Shown: positions 12,898 through 26,349 of the stretch, in pieces
How positions within the stretch are numbered: the first letter of the stretch is position 1
How the letters are laid out: every line of letters starts with the position of its first letter
Translations under genes and position numbers: made by a program
Notes under the pieces: generated by a model
What the model saw: only the letters and a program-made list of their open reading frames with translations
What the model was told of the DNA's origin: nothing
Database searches by the model: none
Source: Eledone cirrhosa
Taxonomy: Eukaryota
Reading direction: 5' to 3'
Assembly (NCBI GenBank): GCA_964016885.1
Contig: OZ024753.1
Location: 44,702,001 to 44,766,000, forward strand
DNA length: 64,000 nt

Positions 12898-13644
12898 GGA
12901 GGCACATGGCTTAGTGGTTAGAGCATATATATGTGTGTGTGCATGTATATATATATATATATATGTGTGTGTGTATGTATGTATATATATATATATATAT
13001 GTGTATGTATGTATATATATGTGTGTGTGTGCGTTTATGTATATATATATATATGTGTGTATATATATATATATATGTGTGTGTATGTATGTATATATAT
13101 ATGTGTGTGTGTGCGTTTATATATATATATATATGTGTGTGTGTGTATGTATATATATGTGACAATGAAGATAACGATGCTATGGTAAGTTATGGAGCCA
13201 TAACATTTGATGGAATCATAGAAGAGCCATAGTTTCATACAACATTTGTAGGACATTTTAAAACCTGACAGAGCCCATCCCTCTCCAGGTCTGAGTACAG
13301 CAGATTTCCATGTTTCTTCCAGGGAAAGATAGAAAGTGAGAAAGAGATATAAAGGAAGAAATGACCCCAGTACTAGACTGGTACTTTTGTTTATCGACCT
13401 CAAAGAAGCTTTCATCATATGGCGTTGGACAGATGTAGATAGATAAAAAGTACATGATAAAATGACAAGTCAGTCAATGATATTGATGGCCTCCAGGTGG
13501 ACAGAATGGAGAAGGTGTTTCGCTGGAGGACAAAGAATGAAAGGCAAAGTTGACCTCGGCAGGATTTGAACTCTGAGAGCAGAGAACTGGAACTAATACC
13601 ATAAAGCATTCTATTAGATGTTCTAATGACTCTGACATTTCGTC

Positions 13645-13702
<58 letters not shown>

Positions 13703-13703
<1 letters not shown>

Positions 13704-14241
13704 GGGGTAACAAATAATAGTTAAATGCAGTCCACTTAGGTATAGTCCAGTTATGGTATTCCAGGTAGTGGATGATATCAACGCTTGGCTTGGTTTGACT
13801 TAACAAGGCGTTTTCATAGTGATGCTGCGGGTATGCTGTAATTCCTATGTTGTAAACACTTGGAGTAATAATAAATCAGGAAAGAAGGTTGACATGGTTT
13901 GCTATACAAAAAAGGTTTAATCACATAGCTTACATTTGTTTCACTGAGCTGGTAGGTCTAGAGATCGCTATTCGCTTATTTACGCGTTACTCGATCGCCA
14001 ATTGTTGTTATTGTTGTTATTGTTCTAATTGAATGCCATTACTACTTCATATAGTAGCCTGTATATTCTTCTCTTGCCTGCTCCGAAGATCTGACTGGTT
14101 ATAATTTTGTATTGGCGATCGAGTAACGCGAAAATAAGCGAATAGCGATCTCTAGACCTACCAGCTCAGTGAAACAAATGTAAGCTATGTGATTAAACCT
14201 TTTTTGTATAGCAAACCATGTCAACCTTCTTTCCTGATTTA
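13703..14241. mobile_element. TA-inserted foldback element, family D
   Basis: Arms 13871-14002 and 14111-14241 (near perfect) plus an ~170-bp tail to 13703; diverged relative at 52284-52600. Confidence 0.8.
14080..14185 (+). ncRNA. Candidate hammerhead with extended stem II (family D)
   Basis: gct-CCGAAGA-t-ctgactggt...accagctcag-t-GAAA-caaatg-TA-agc; one core mismatch; the relative at 52505-52516 has palindromic caattg. Confidence 0.4.
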
Positions 14242-14630
14242 TATATATATATATATATATATATGTCAAAAACCATTATATTGCAGACTCCTGCAATAGG
14301 AATTTGTCGATCAAGGATTTGCAGAAACTTAGTGCAGCTGTTGCATGTGATATTGTGATCTATATTGTGAATACACGATGTAAGTTATATATTTTACACT
14401 CAGCCTCAGCGTTATGTCCAGGTCAGTATAAAATCTTTTCCTGGGTCCTGTATTTTCGTTGCTCTGGTAATGCGGTTGGACTGCCGACTGCTATATCTGA
14501 TTTGCTAAGCTGTCTGAACGTAATGTTATTACTCTGGGGTCTTACCTCATCCGAGTGCTAAAGCTACAGACCGATTATGCATATACGCTAGCTTGGCCGT
14601 ATACTAAAGCTTCGTCAATGCTGTACTAAA

Positions 14631-14678
<48 letters not shown>

Positions 14679-14848
14679 GGGAGAAAGATGGAAACCAAAA
14701 CTAAGCCAATAATTTTTTGAAAACGTTTTTTTCTATAAAAGTCAATGATCTCTGGAGTTCTTTATTTTTAGACAGTTTCAATAAACCCAGTATATAAAGT
14801 TATATGAAAATAAAAATAATAATAACTGTACAATAATAATAACACACA

Positions 14849-14891
<43 letters not shown>

Positions 14892-14894
<3 letters not shown>

Positions 14895-15090
14895 CAGAGC
14901 AAACAACACGGACACTCTATCTCAAAATTATTTTTGAAAAGCATTTAGAAATGCGCAACCGGTAAAAACTTAAAAACTTAAAACCACAACTGAATACTAA
15001 CCCATACAATTACTAATACTTTTTTATTCCTAATTAAACCATTTTTCAACTGTGAACAATTTGTCAGCATTTTCTATTCCGTTTACCAAT
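14892..15090. mobile_element. TA-flanked ~190-bp repeat, family J (copy 1)
   Basis: Colinear with 21651-21832; both end ttccgtttaccaat before a TA run. Confidence 0.75.
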
Positions 15091-15145
15091 ATATATATAT
15101 ATATATACACGTATATGTGTGTGTGTGTGTGTGTGTATGTGTGTT

Positions 15146-15309
15146 AGGTAATTCCAAAGGAAAAGCAAAGGAAAAAAGAATGCTCTATGTATAGAACAGA
15201 GCTATATAATTAGAAAGTGAACAACACAAAATATAACTACTCCATTACCAAAGGTTTCTGGATTCCAGAAACCTTTGGTAATGGAGTAGTTATATTTTGT
15301 GTTGTTCAC

Positions 15310-15317
<8 letters not shown>
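15146..15317. mobile_element. Foldback element, family E
   Basis: Perfect 54-bp-arm palindrome 15209-15317 centred at 15263, plus ~63-bp tail; each arm reads GAAA-cc-ttt-gg-TA (hammerhead 3' half); short arm abuts a TA run, tail abuts a TG run. Confidence 0.75.
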
Positions 15318-15342
<25 letters not shown>

Positions 15343-15938
15343 GGTAGATAGATAAACTATAGAGGGTACCGTAGGGTAGGGGAAAAGCTGGAGAGAGTGT
15401 AGAGCTGCTTAGCCATTAACATATTATTTGGTAAATATCGAAACATGTGTAATTGGTTTCTTTAACCATGTATCTTAGATATAAAGCCATTGTGAGAAGA
15501 CAGTTATTATTATTTTTATTTTCATATAACTTTACATACTGGGTTTATTGAAACTGTCTAAAAATAAAGAACTTCAGAGATCATTGACTTTTATAGAAAA
15601 AACGTTTTCAAAAAATTATTGGCTTAGTTTTTGGTTTTCATCTTTCTCCCATTTACCAATGGAAGCTTGCTTCATGATGGCAAGGCTGCTGCTTATTTTT
15701 TCTATCTCTATCATTACAGGAAGAAAGAAGTGAGCACAGTCTATTAGGCTGAAGGTGGAGACTCCATTATGAATTTATGATAGGAGATATTTGGGATGGC
15801 TGATGGAAGAATTTCTTTTTTGAAATAGCTGTCATATTAGTGGGATTAAATAGGGAAATGAACACACACAAATATTTTATTTTTGCATCTATCAAATAGC
15901 AAAATTTGTTTACGTTGTGAAGATGATGGAAGAAAATG

Positions 15939-15971
<33 letters not shown>

Positions 15972-16274
15972 ATATATATATATATGTTTGTGTTGTCATT
16001 TCTTTAACACTTACACGCACAAATACATACATGCTTATATATATATGTATATATCATCATCATCACCATTTAATGTATGTATGTGTGCATGTAAGTGTTT
16101 GCATATATATATATACATGTGTGTGTGTGTATGTATGTATATGTTTGTGTATGTATATATACATTTGCATGTATGTGATATATATATATATATATATCAA
16201 CTCATTTTTTTGTTATATATGAGTAGAGTTAATAGTTTCTGTGTTATTCTAAATTGTGGCTTAACAATATTCTT

Positions 16275-16380
16275 TATCATCAGCATCACCATCATCATCA
16301 TCGCCACCATCATCATCGCCACCATCATCATCATCATCATCACCATCATCATCAGCAATATCATCACCATCATCATCATT
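16275..16380. repeat. (CAT/CAC)n trinucleotide repeat
   Basis: Direct reading. Confidence 0.9.
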
Positions 16381-16769
16381 GCTATTATCAATTTGTTTGT
16401 TTAGTTTTGTTTTTGTTTTTTCCATATTATCTATTTGGCTTATCATGTTTATTTTCTTATTAAATCTAAGGTATCTACCTTTTCTTTGATTCATGAGGAA
16501 TGAAAATAGAGAAATTCTTCTACATTTTTATTTTCGTTTCCATCAAATTGTCTACTTAGTTGTTACTACAGTTCAGTTCAAATCTTTCTATTTACTCGAC
16601 TTTAATATTTCTCTTTGATTTCATTTTAACTTTTCACTTTGTCTTTCGTAACTTACAACAGAACCAATTTCTTTTTTTTTTCATGCAGAAACCAAATTAG
16701 TATCACTCCATTGAAAACAAGCAAAACACCTTCGTTTTTGGTAAATATTCAAATATGATAGAACAGAAG

Positions 16770-17145
16770 CAATGGTCCAGTGGTAAAGGTGTTAGACTTG
16801 CAATCATAATGTCATAGTTTCTGGACTGGGTTGTGTGTGGTGTTCTTCAATAAAACATTTCATTTCATATTGCTCCTGTATATTCAACTGAAAATGAGTA
16901 CCAGTAATAGCTGAGGGTTTAACCCTGTTATGGACAGCAAGGAGTCATGTGCTCTGTTGCTTCACTTCATGAAAACCGGGATAAGCACTAGCCTGATGAG
17001 CCTCGAGGCTCGAGAGAGGCTTTAACCCTGTAAAGGACTAGTGTCATGTCCAGGAGGGAGTCTTGTGCTCTGTCGCTTCACGCCACAGAAACTGGAATAT
17101 GTACCAACCTGATGAGCTTCCAGACTCGAGTCAAACTGTAAACTT
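16770..17145 (+). mobile_element. tRNA-derived CORE-like SINE with duplicated 3' part
   Basis: Head caatggtccagtggtaaaggtgttagac, core catttcatattgctc, two copies of ctctgtcgcttcac...gaaac..g..ataagc...cctgatgagc. Confidence 0.65.
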
Positions 17146-17654
17146 TGACTGATTTATTTTCATTGTAAATCATTGTGTTGTCTGAAATAAGGGAGTTTAT
17201 GTCCATGGTGAAGAGGAGTTTGAAAGATCAGAGAGATTCAAAATAACAGTCTGTAACAGGGCTGGCTTTTCTTGAACCCCAGATAAAATTCACTTCTTAT
17301 CAACTGAGTGACCTGGAATGGAACAACATGAAATACAGCCCTCTTGCTCAAAGACAGTCTACTACCTAGAATCAAACTCACACCTGAGCCAAACTTGCTT
17401 TTTTTTTCTAGCCCGAAATGTCTATTTAAGGTGATGCCCCAGCATGGCTGCAATCTAATGACTAAAAACAAGCAAACAAAAAAAAATATATATATATTTT
17501 CACCCAGCCCTGACCTTAGAATGGTTTCTAAACTAGAATTCCATACAATTCCATCATCTCATCTGTACATCAAACATATATATATATATATATCATCATC
17601 ATTTTACGTCTGCTTTCCCCTGCTTGCAAGGGTTGGGCGGGTCCTATTCAGCAC

Positions 17655-18274
<620 letters not shown>

Positions 18275-18883
18275 TATAAACTAAAACAAAGTAATTTCCA
18301 GCAAGGTTTCTCCACTTATAACAAGCAAAGAAGACAAAGTTTGGTTTTGTATTTGTATCTTGATAAATTGATATTGGTAGCTGCGAGGTGAGACAGAGAC
18401 TAACTTACACAGTCTCCATGTTTATAAAGAAATATACATATAGATTAATTTCTATAATAGGAAAAACTCCAGCAAATATTGAATAACAGATGCAAACAAA
18501 GTGTTTAAACAAGTACGATACCATTATGTATGATTGTGCTAGAATGTTGTGATTCTACATAAGGAATATAGTAATTAGCCTCACACGCCTATACCCACAT
18601 ATATTGCTATAATCTGATTTTAAGAATGTAATGTGGGGCTGCAGGAAGGAAGAAGTGATACCTGTTTATACAAGTAAAACAACTTTTTAGTCAGAATTGG
18701 AAATTGTTTAAACTGTTTTAGCAGAGCACACAAAAGAAGGGTGTCACATAAACGGTGCGAGTTCAAAACCTATTTAATTTCTGTTTAAACATATAATAAT
18801 GAAGGAATTTTCTATTTCTAAAAAAAAATAAATAATGATGACGATAGTAGTAAGAATAGTAAATAATAATAGTAATAACTCGA

Positions 18884-20220
18884 ATGTGGAAAATGAAAAC
18901 AGAAACAATACCTATAATAACAGGTGCTCTAGGAATGATAAAAAACACAGACAGATACATAGCCAAAACCCTAGAACTTATGAATATATACAGTATACAG
19001 AAGATAGCACTACTAAGTACTGTATATATATTATATAGAGTACCGCAGGACTTACAAATATATACAGCATACAAAAGATAGCACTACTAGGTACTGTATA
19101 TATATATATTATATATAGTACCACAGGACTTACAAATATATACAGCATACTAAAGATAGCACTACTAGGTACTGTATATATATTATATAGACTACCACAG
19201 GACTTACAAATATATACAGCATACTAAAGATAGCACTACTAGGTACTGTATATATATTATATATAGTACCACAGGACTTACAAATATATACAGCATACAA
19301 AAGATAGCACTACTAGGTACTGTATATATATATATTATATATAGTACCACAGGACTTACAAATATATACAGCATACTAAAGATAGCACTACTAGGTACTG
19401 TATATATATTATATATAGTACCACAGGACTTACAAATATATACAGCATACAAAAGATAGCACTACTAGGTACTGTATATATATTATATATAGTACCACAG
19501 GACTTACAAATATATACAGCATACAAAAGATAGCACTACTAGGTACTGTATATATATATATTATATATAGTACCACAGGACTTACAAATATATACAGCAT
19601 ACTAAAGATAGCACTACTAGGTACTGTATATATATTATATAGACTACCACAGGACTTACAAATATATACAGCATACTAAAGATAGCACTACTAGGTACTG
19701 TATATATATTATATATAGTACCACAGGACTTACAAATATATACAGCATACAAAAGATAGCACTACTAGGTACTGTATATATATATATTATATATAGTACC
19801 ACAGGACTTACAAATATATACAGCATACTAAAGATAGCACTACTAGGTACTGTATATATATTATATATAGTACCACAGGACTTACAAATATATACAGCAT
19901 ACAAAAGATAGCACTACTAGGTACTGTATATATATTATATATAGTACCACAGGACTTACAAATATATACAGCATACAAAAGATAGCACTACTAGGTACTG
20001 TATATATATATATTATATATAGTACCACAGGACTTACAAATATATACAGCATACTAAAGATAGCACTATTAGCCACTGCACACATATTTCAAAGAGTACT
20101 ATCAATAGAATAGAAACAACATCAGCAAAAACTACACTGCACATACCCAAGGCACACAGAGCTGTGCTCAGTAAAGCAGTAATGATGCACAATAATAATA
20201 ATAATAATAATAATATTAAT
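18884..20220 (+). mobile_element. R4/Dong-clade non-LTR retrotransposon 3' end (RLE C-terminus and 3' UTR), interrupted by a minisatellite
   Basis: WKMKTETIPIITGALGMI...SIQKIALL before the array and KIALLATAHIFQRVLSIE* after it; 3' UTR ends in (AAT)n, the TAA-repeat context known for Dong elements. Confidence 0.8.
18980..20070. repeat. 74/78-bp minisatellite with higher-order periodicity
   Basis: About 14 units; identical ORF translations are offset by 452 bp (2 x 226). Confidence 0.95.
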
Positions 20221-21572
20221 AATGAGAGTAAAACACAATTGCCATTAAATCAAAAACTCCAGCAGACAGCATCCAATATCAAACTCTATTTATTTCTAAA
20301 TTTTTCTAATTAGTAACCATTTCAAGTTGTGAATTTGATTTCCCAAAATTCTTTCAAAACATTTCTTAATTTAAAGACATTTTTATTTTTTTATTTCTTT
20401 TCTTTCATTGCTTTGAACTCTTTTAATTGTTGCTAAGATTCTCAAAGCTAAACTAATGTTAGGATGAATCATTAATGATTTCTTGATTAAAAGGTGCTCG
20501 TTGAAGAGATTAACAAAGAATTTTCTAGAAAACTTTTAATCTAGTTAGAGAACATCAAATTAAGCAGCAGGTTAATATTTGCCAAGAAGTATTGAAACAA
20601 ATTGCTTGTAAAATTCAGTGCACTGAAATATCTATACACATTCGTCCTTAATTCCTTAAATTATACCGATTTGTTAATAAGTAATAAAAGGGGTTTTAAC
20701 TATAACAGTAAGTCACATAGATTATGTAGGAAATACACATTTTAGCAGTATTCCTAAATTCTAAGTTATATCCCCATGTTCTTATATACATATATAAGGT
20801 AGTAAGACATACTTGGTGGATAATGGAACAAAATTAAATGATGTTGATTATAATTATATATATATGTGTGTATATGTATTTGGAATCGGAAAAAATGTCT
20901 TTAGATAAAAAAAAAAACAGGTCCATTCATGTTGACATCTATATATATATATATCAGGATGGATTCAATTTGAAACTCGTTAGACCATTACTCAACAGAG
21001 TACTCGATACTTGGGGTTGTAGGGTATGGTTATATTATAAAGATTCAGAACCCCAACAGCTGAGCTCTTGATGAAGTACTGATTTGGTCCGTGAGGATCT
21101 GTCCAACTCTTGCCAGTATGTTAAAATGGAAACATACATTAAATGATGAAGATGATGATGATGATGTTGATGATGATATATAATTCGTATCTGATTATTC
21201 CAAAACTTGAAGACAAGTCATCTCTTCAGATATGAAGATTTATAGGATTGCAGGAGAGAAGAGGCAATAATAAAGATAAAATTGTACTTAAGTGCCCAAG
21301 AAAAGAATAGCCGTGAGGTATTGTTAGGTTTAGCTATCAATTCTGCTTTTCTTCAGGATAGATATAACGGCGCTAGCAATTAGATTCTGCTGGTTACACT
21401 CAACAAATGGGAATCAAATTAGAAATTACAGTTGTTACTTTTATTTAATTAGAATCATTACTGAAAGATCACTTACAATATGTATGTATATATATGTGTG
21501 TGTGTATGTATATATATGTGTGTCTTACAATTTATGTGTTTATATAGATATATCCCTTACAATATGTATGAA

Positions 21573-21650
<78 letters not shown>

Positions 21651-21654
<4 letters not shown>

Positions 21655-21827
21655 AAACATCACGGGCGCTCTATCTCAAAATTATTTTGAAAAGCATTAG
21701 AAATGCGCAACTGGTAAAACTTAAAACCAAAACTGAATACTAACCAATACTATTACTAATTTTTACTTATTCCTAATTAAACTATTTTTCACTGGGAACA
21801 ATTTGTCAGCATTTTCTTTTCCGTTTA

Positions 21828-21832
<5 letters not shown>
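21651..21832. mobile_element. Family J repeat (copy 2)
   Basis: Colinear with 14892-15090; lies between (GA)n and (TA)n. Confidence 0.75.
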
Positions 21833-21864
<32 letters not shown>

Positions 21865-21865
<1 letters not shown>

Positions 21866-22070
21866 CACATGGATTAGTGGTTAGAGCATTGGCCTTGCAA
21901 TCGAAAGGAGTTCAATTCTCAGGCCGGGTGATGTGTTGTTTCCTTGAGCAAGGCACTTTATTTCACATTGCTCCAGTTTACTCACCTGTAGAAATGAAAT
22001 GATAGGCCTGGGGTCCCTATCATTCCACTGCAAAGTGGTCGTGGAGGTGCCATGGCAAAAAAGCACCCCA
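21865..22070 (+). mobile_element. CORE-like SINE with start of RTE-derived tail (3' truncated)
   Basis: Matches the 5' portion of 51918-52264. Confidence 0.75.
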
Positions 22071-22169
22071 AAAATATGTTTATATATATGCATATATGGA
22101 TGTCTGCATGTGATTATATATGTACATACATGTCTGTACATGTATGTATCCTGTTTGGTAGACACAGAT

Positions 22170-22420
22170 CACCACCACCCCTACCATCACCACCACACAA
22201 CCACCACCATCACCACTACCACCACCACTACCACCCATTAATACCAGCCCGCCACCACCACCACCACCACCCCTACCATCACCACCACCATCACCACTAC
22301 CACCACCACTACCACCCATTAATACCAGCCCGCCACCACCATCACCACCCCTACCATCACCACCACCATCACCACTACCACCACCACTACCACCCATTAA
22401 TACCACCCCACCACCACCAT
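22170..22420. repeat. (CAC)n-rich repeat with ~75-80-bp subunits
   Basis: Repeated cccattaataccagcccgcc anchors. Confidence 0.85.
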
Positions 22421-23185
22421 TGAAATTCCCCTAATGTTCATTACCATCCCTGTTTTAACAATCCTAATGTCTAACATTTTCACTGATATCATCGTTAACA
22501 ATTATTCCATATCATATTTTGTACCAAGAAACCAAAACTGATTTCTAATAATTATAATAGATGCAAATAATTATAATAGATGCAAAAACATTTTGGTGGT
22601 TCCAGACATCTTCCTGGCAAAATGCAAAGATTTGCAACAGATCTCAACTTATTTATATCTTATATTTTTATCAAGTTTTACTCATCTTGGTTTGAAGTAA
22701 AAGAAAAAAATCCTAAGATATATTGCTAAACACAAGGAAGAGGAGTATTTTCTTAGTATTGGTTATGATATTGTAAGAAAATGTTTATACAAACAGAACG
22801 GAAATGATTTCAAACATAATTTTAAATAATTTTTTTTTCTCTATTAATTTTTTTCATTAAAACTACAGATGAAAGAGATTCTGTATTTTTATGTTACTTT
22901 TTTCTTTTTTTTTTCTGCTGAAAATATCTTTCAAGAAATATTGTCATATTTAGTTCGAAGAAATGAAGATAGAAAAAAGACTAACAAGATAAAAACTAAA
23001 CCAAAAGAGTATATTTAATTAGAAATCACAATATAATGTGTGCTTTGTTTCATTATATAATTATAATATAATATATAGTATAGTATCTTGGAATAATTAA
23101 GAACATAACAACCATATACATATAATCTATTATTCTCACTACTTAATTTGTCTAATAATGTTGCTGTTTTCCGTTTACTGTTATT

Positions 23186-23254
<69 letters not shown>

Positions 23255-23276
23255 ATAAATATGTGTAAATATATAT

Positions 23277-23625
23277 ATGAATGTATGTATAGTATATTTG
23301 ACAATATACCGTATGTTTAATTAGAAACATTTAGAAGACTATTCGCTATTAGTTTTAAAGGAGTGACTATGACACTTACTTATTTTTTTGGCAAAAGCTG
23401 AGAGCGGCTGACAGCTGTTTCTTGCTGCTTGGCGTTTATCAAAGCCATGCACTCAGTTGCCTTTGCCAAAAATTAGAGAAGCTGGATTCTTATAGAATTC
23501 CAGTAATAATCAGGAGGTGATTACACAGAGCGATTGCCTGTCCAGCAAAAATTAGGTATTAGTATTGGTGTTCTGAAATAGCGATGTATACATGAATGTA
23601 TGTATAGTATATTTGGCAATATACC
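23277..23625 (-). mobile_element. 315-bp terminally redundant unit with one decayed hammerhead (retrozyme-like, family H)
   Basis: 34-bp direct repeats 23277-23310 and 23592-23625 (1 mismatch); TA/TG flanks. Confidence 0.65.
23385..23471 (-). ncRNA. Decayed type I hammerhead with long stem I
   Basis: Reverse complement: ttttggcaaag..ctgag..ggct-TTGATAA-acgccaagcagcaa-GAAA-cagctg-TC-agcc..ctcag..tttgccaaaa; two core substitutions. Confidence 0.6.
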
Positions 23626-23684
23626 AAATATATATGTGTGTATATATATGTGTGTGTGTGTGTGTAAATATATGTATATATAGT

Positions 23685-23878
23685 AATAATTGTTTCTACT
23701 ATTGGCACAAGGCCAGCAATTACCCAGTACATTACTGGTACTTTATTTTATCGACCCCGTAAGGATGAAAGGCAAAGTTAACCTCGGTGGGATTTGAACT
23801 CAGAATGGCAAGGGCCGTAACTCTATGCGTCAAAGCATGGTGTCCGACCCTCTACCGATACTGCCAATTCACCGCCCC
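23685..23878 (-). mobile_element. tRNA-derived SINE (Nin/Deu-like), full length
   Basis: Matches the window consensus. Confidence 0.85.
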
Positions 23879-24012
23879 TGTATATATAGTAATAATAATA
23901 CATATGAAGACTAAAATCCAAAGAGGGTTCGATAAGGATAAATATATATCAAATATATAAGAACCCTAGAGCAAATATTTATTAAAATAACAGATATATA
24001 TATATATATGTA

Positions 24013-24358
24013 TCATCATCATCATCATTTCATTTTACGTCCGCTTTTTCCCTGCTTGCAAGGGTGGGACGGGAACTGATTCTGGCTTGATTTCTACAGC
24101 TGGATGCCCTTCCTAACACCAACCTCATTTACAGTGAGTGCTGGGTGCTTTTTTGCCGTGGCACCTTCACGACCACTTTGCAGTGGAATGATATGGGCCC
24201 CAGTCCCTATCATCTCATTTCTACAGCTGAGTAAACTGGAGCAATGTGAAATAAAGTGTCTTGCTCAAGGCAACAACACATCACCCGGTCTCAGAATTGA
24301 ACTCACAACCTTTCGATTGCAGGGCCAATGCTCTAACCACTAAGCCATGTGCCTCCAC
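24013..24358 (-). mobile_element. Full-length CORE-like SINE with RTE-derived 3' tail
   Basis: Near-identical reverse complement of 51918-52264. Confidence 0.85.
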
Positions 24359-24441
<83 letters not shown>

Positions 24442-25774
24442 CATACACACAGTATTTGTTCCATTTTCCTGCACTCCAAGTTTTTATTTCACCAAGGTAA
24501 ACTTGGCCTTTCATCCTTTTGAAGTTGATGAATGAAATAAGAGTCCAGGGTGCAGTAAACTGGTTGATTTGTTAAAGAATCAGGCAAGATGCTTTACAGT
24601 ATCTGATCCAGTGCTATATATTCTGAGTTCAAACCCTGCCACCTTCTGCCATTGGTTATAACCTGCGTGTTATATAAGCAATGGAAACACCAATAAATAC
24701 AATATTTCCTTTTGTCTGGTCTAACAATCAGCTCCTTTCTTTATAAGTAGTAACACTTCTACCAGCAGTTACGACAACAGATAATATCTGCAATGAAATA
24801 ACCAATGGAAACATAATTTCTTTGGTTTTATCTGATGATCGGTTCCTTTCCGTTTTATATATATTACATGTATGATTAATGATGAAAGCAAAGAGAAAAA
24901 CATGTTAGAATCACAATGATAAGACTGATGTGGGCCAAAATAAATTTTGTCAAAATATAACCTAGTATTTAATATTTAAGACTAATATAATTCAGTTGAA
25001 TTATTAAAATAAATGTGAGAAGAATAACAGTGATCTTTGATTCGGTCTAAGCAGATAATAAAGATAGTGATGGCTATTATAAAGTTTGAAATCTATCTAT
25101 GTTTGTAACCAAGATACACTATCTACTTTCGATTATAAATCTTTCTTGACAACAAAATTTTATTACAAGTTATTTCTAGCATGAAAAATTAGATAAAATG
25201 CTAACCATTTTTAAAACTTTGTTGTTTGTGGTTAGTTTGGTCAGAAAATATTTCATAATCACAGCTCAGCTCCAGTGAAGTATTTGAAAGAGTCGAATCT
25301 GTGGAGATAAATCTGTCTATATTCTTACGTTGATTAATATTGTATTTTCACGCGCAGAGACACTGCCTCCATTTCCATTACCTTCATCATTACTAAGAGT
25401 TAAATTAATATGGATGGCACCTCAGATAAAATCTTTCAGACATAAGATTTTATCTGAAGCTAACCGCAATCTCTTATTTAATTTGGTCAATAGTATATAC
25501 TTGCTTCTTGTAATATAATTGATATTTTGATAAATATTTGTATGCATGAGGAAGTTCTTGTAACTGCACCAAAGATTAAATATGGACCAATGTTATGTGT
25601 TTCTTTAGATTTATACTAATTAATATCTACCTACATAAATGTTGTTCTTTGTAGAAGTACCGTCTACTTCAGCAAATTACTTTTTCGACTATCATTGATC
25701 TTCAGGTTGCTTAATCCATGTGACCAGATAATTTTGATGCAATTAGACTTTTTTTTTTGTAGGTATAAATAATC

Positions 25775-26045
25775 ATCATCTTCATTATCATCGTCATTAT
25801 CGTCATCTCAAGTCTGCTTTTCAAGCTGGTATGGGTTGTCACTGTCTGAAACTAGACAGGTTGGAATGACCTCGTCTTGTTCATACACTCCATATTTGAT
25901 ATAGCTTCTATAGGTAGATGTCCTTTCTAATGCCAACCACCTTACTGGGTCCATTTTATTATGGCTCCAGCCCTGCCACTTTACAAAGTGGACTGGATGT
26001 ATTTTATCATAGTACCAACACTAGAGAGGTTGTCATGTATTTGGC
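25775..26045 (-). mobile_element. Old RTE-type tail fragment
   Basis: catcatc...ctgcttttcaagctggtatggg...gatgtcctttctaatgccaacc, a diverged version of the other tails. Confidence 0.5.
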
Positions 26046-26069
26046 CAGACTGAAGAGTGCTCTAAATTC

Positions 26070-26320
26070 TGTCTCGAGCCTGGAGGCTCATCGGGCTCAG
26101 TGAAGAGACTGAGTGTACAAGACTTCCCGCTGGACAGGACACCAGTCCTTTGCAGGGTTAAACCCTCTGCTACTGATGGCACTTATGTTCAGCTGAATAC
26201 ACTGGAGCAGCATGAAATGAAATGTTTTGCTGAAAAACACAACACACAACCCATTCAAGGAATCGAACCCCTGACCTTATGATCCATAGTTCAACACCCT
26301 TACCACTAGGTCATGTGTTG
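26070..26320 (-). mobile_element. CORE-like SINE
   Basis: Related to 1590-1966. Confidence 0.65.
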
Positions 26321-26349
26321 TCTCCATTTCATTGCTAAGTACTTTACTT

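Larger units (their letters stand above)
14675..15653. mobile_element. Inverted repeat pair (family F), 14675-14829 and 15499-15653, enclosing other TA-inserted elements
   Basis: ~155-bp arms are reverse complements of each other; GAAA-ctg-TC motif in the arm. Confidence 0.7.

Noticed and set aside
16985-17135. CTGATGAG motifs suggesting hammerheads (also near 1598 and 1718 on the minus strand)
   Set aside because: No GAAA follows the hairpin and there is no stem I or III; these are SINE 3' tails.
18980-20070. CRISPR-like repeat arrays (also 32521-33303 and 55998-56638)
   Set aside because: No unique spacers, no cas genes, eukaryotic context.
20975-21080. gctgagctc-TTGATGA as the missing 5' half of the family C ribozyme
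   Set aside because: This decayed family C fragment is in the orientation antisense to the GAAA, so the match is probably coincidental.
24825-24860. ttttatCTGATGA resembling the family A/B ribozyme start
   Set aside because: No stem II or GAAA downstream; it lies in SINE-like sequence.
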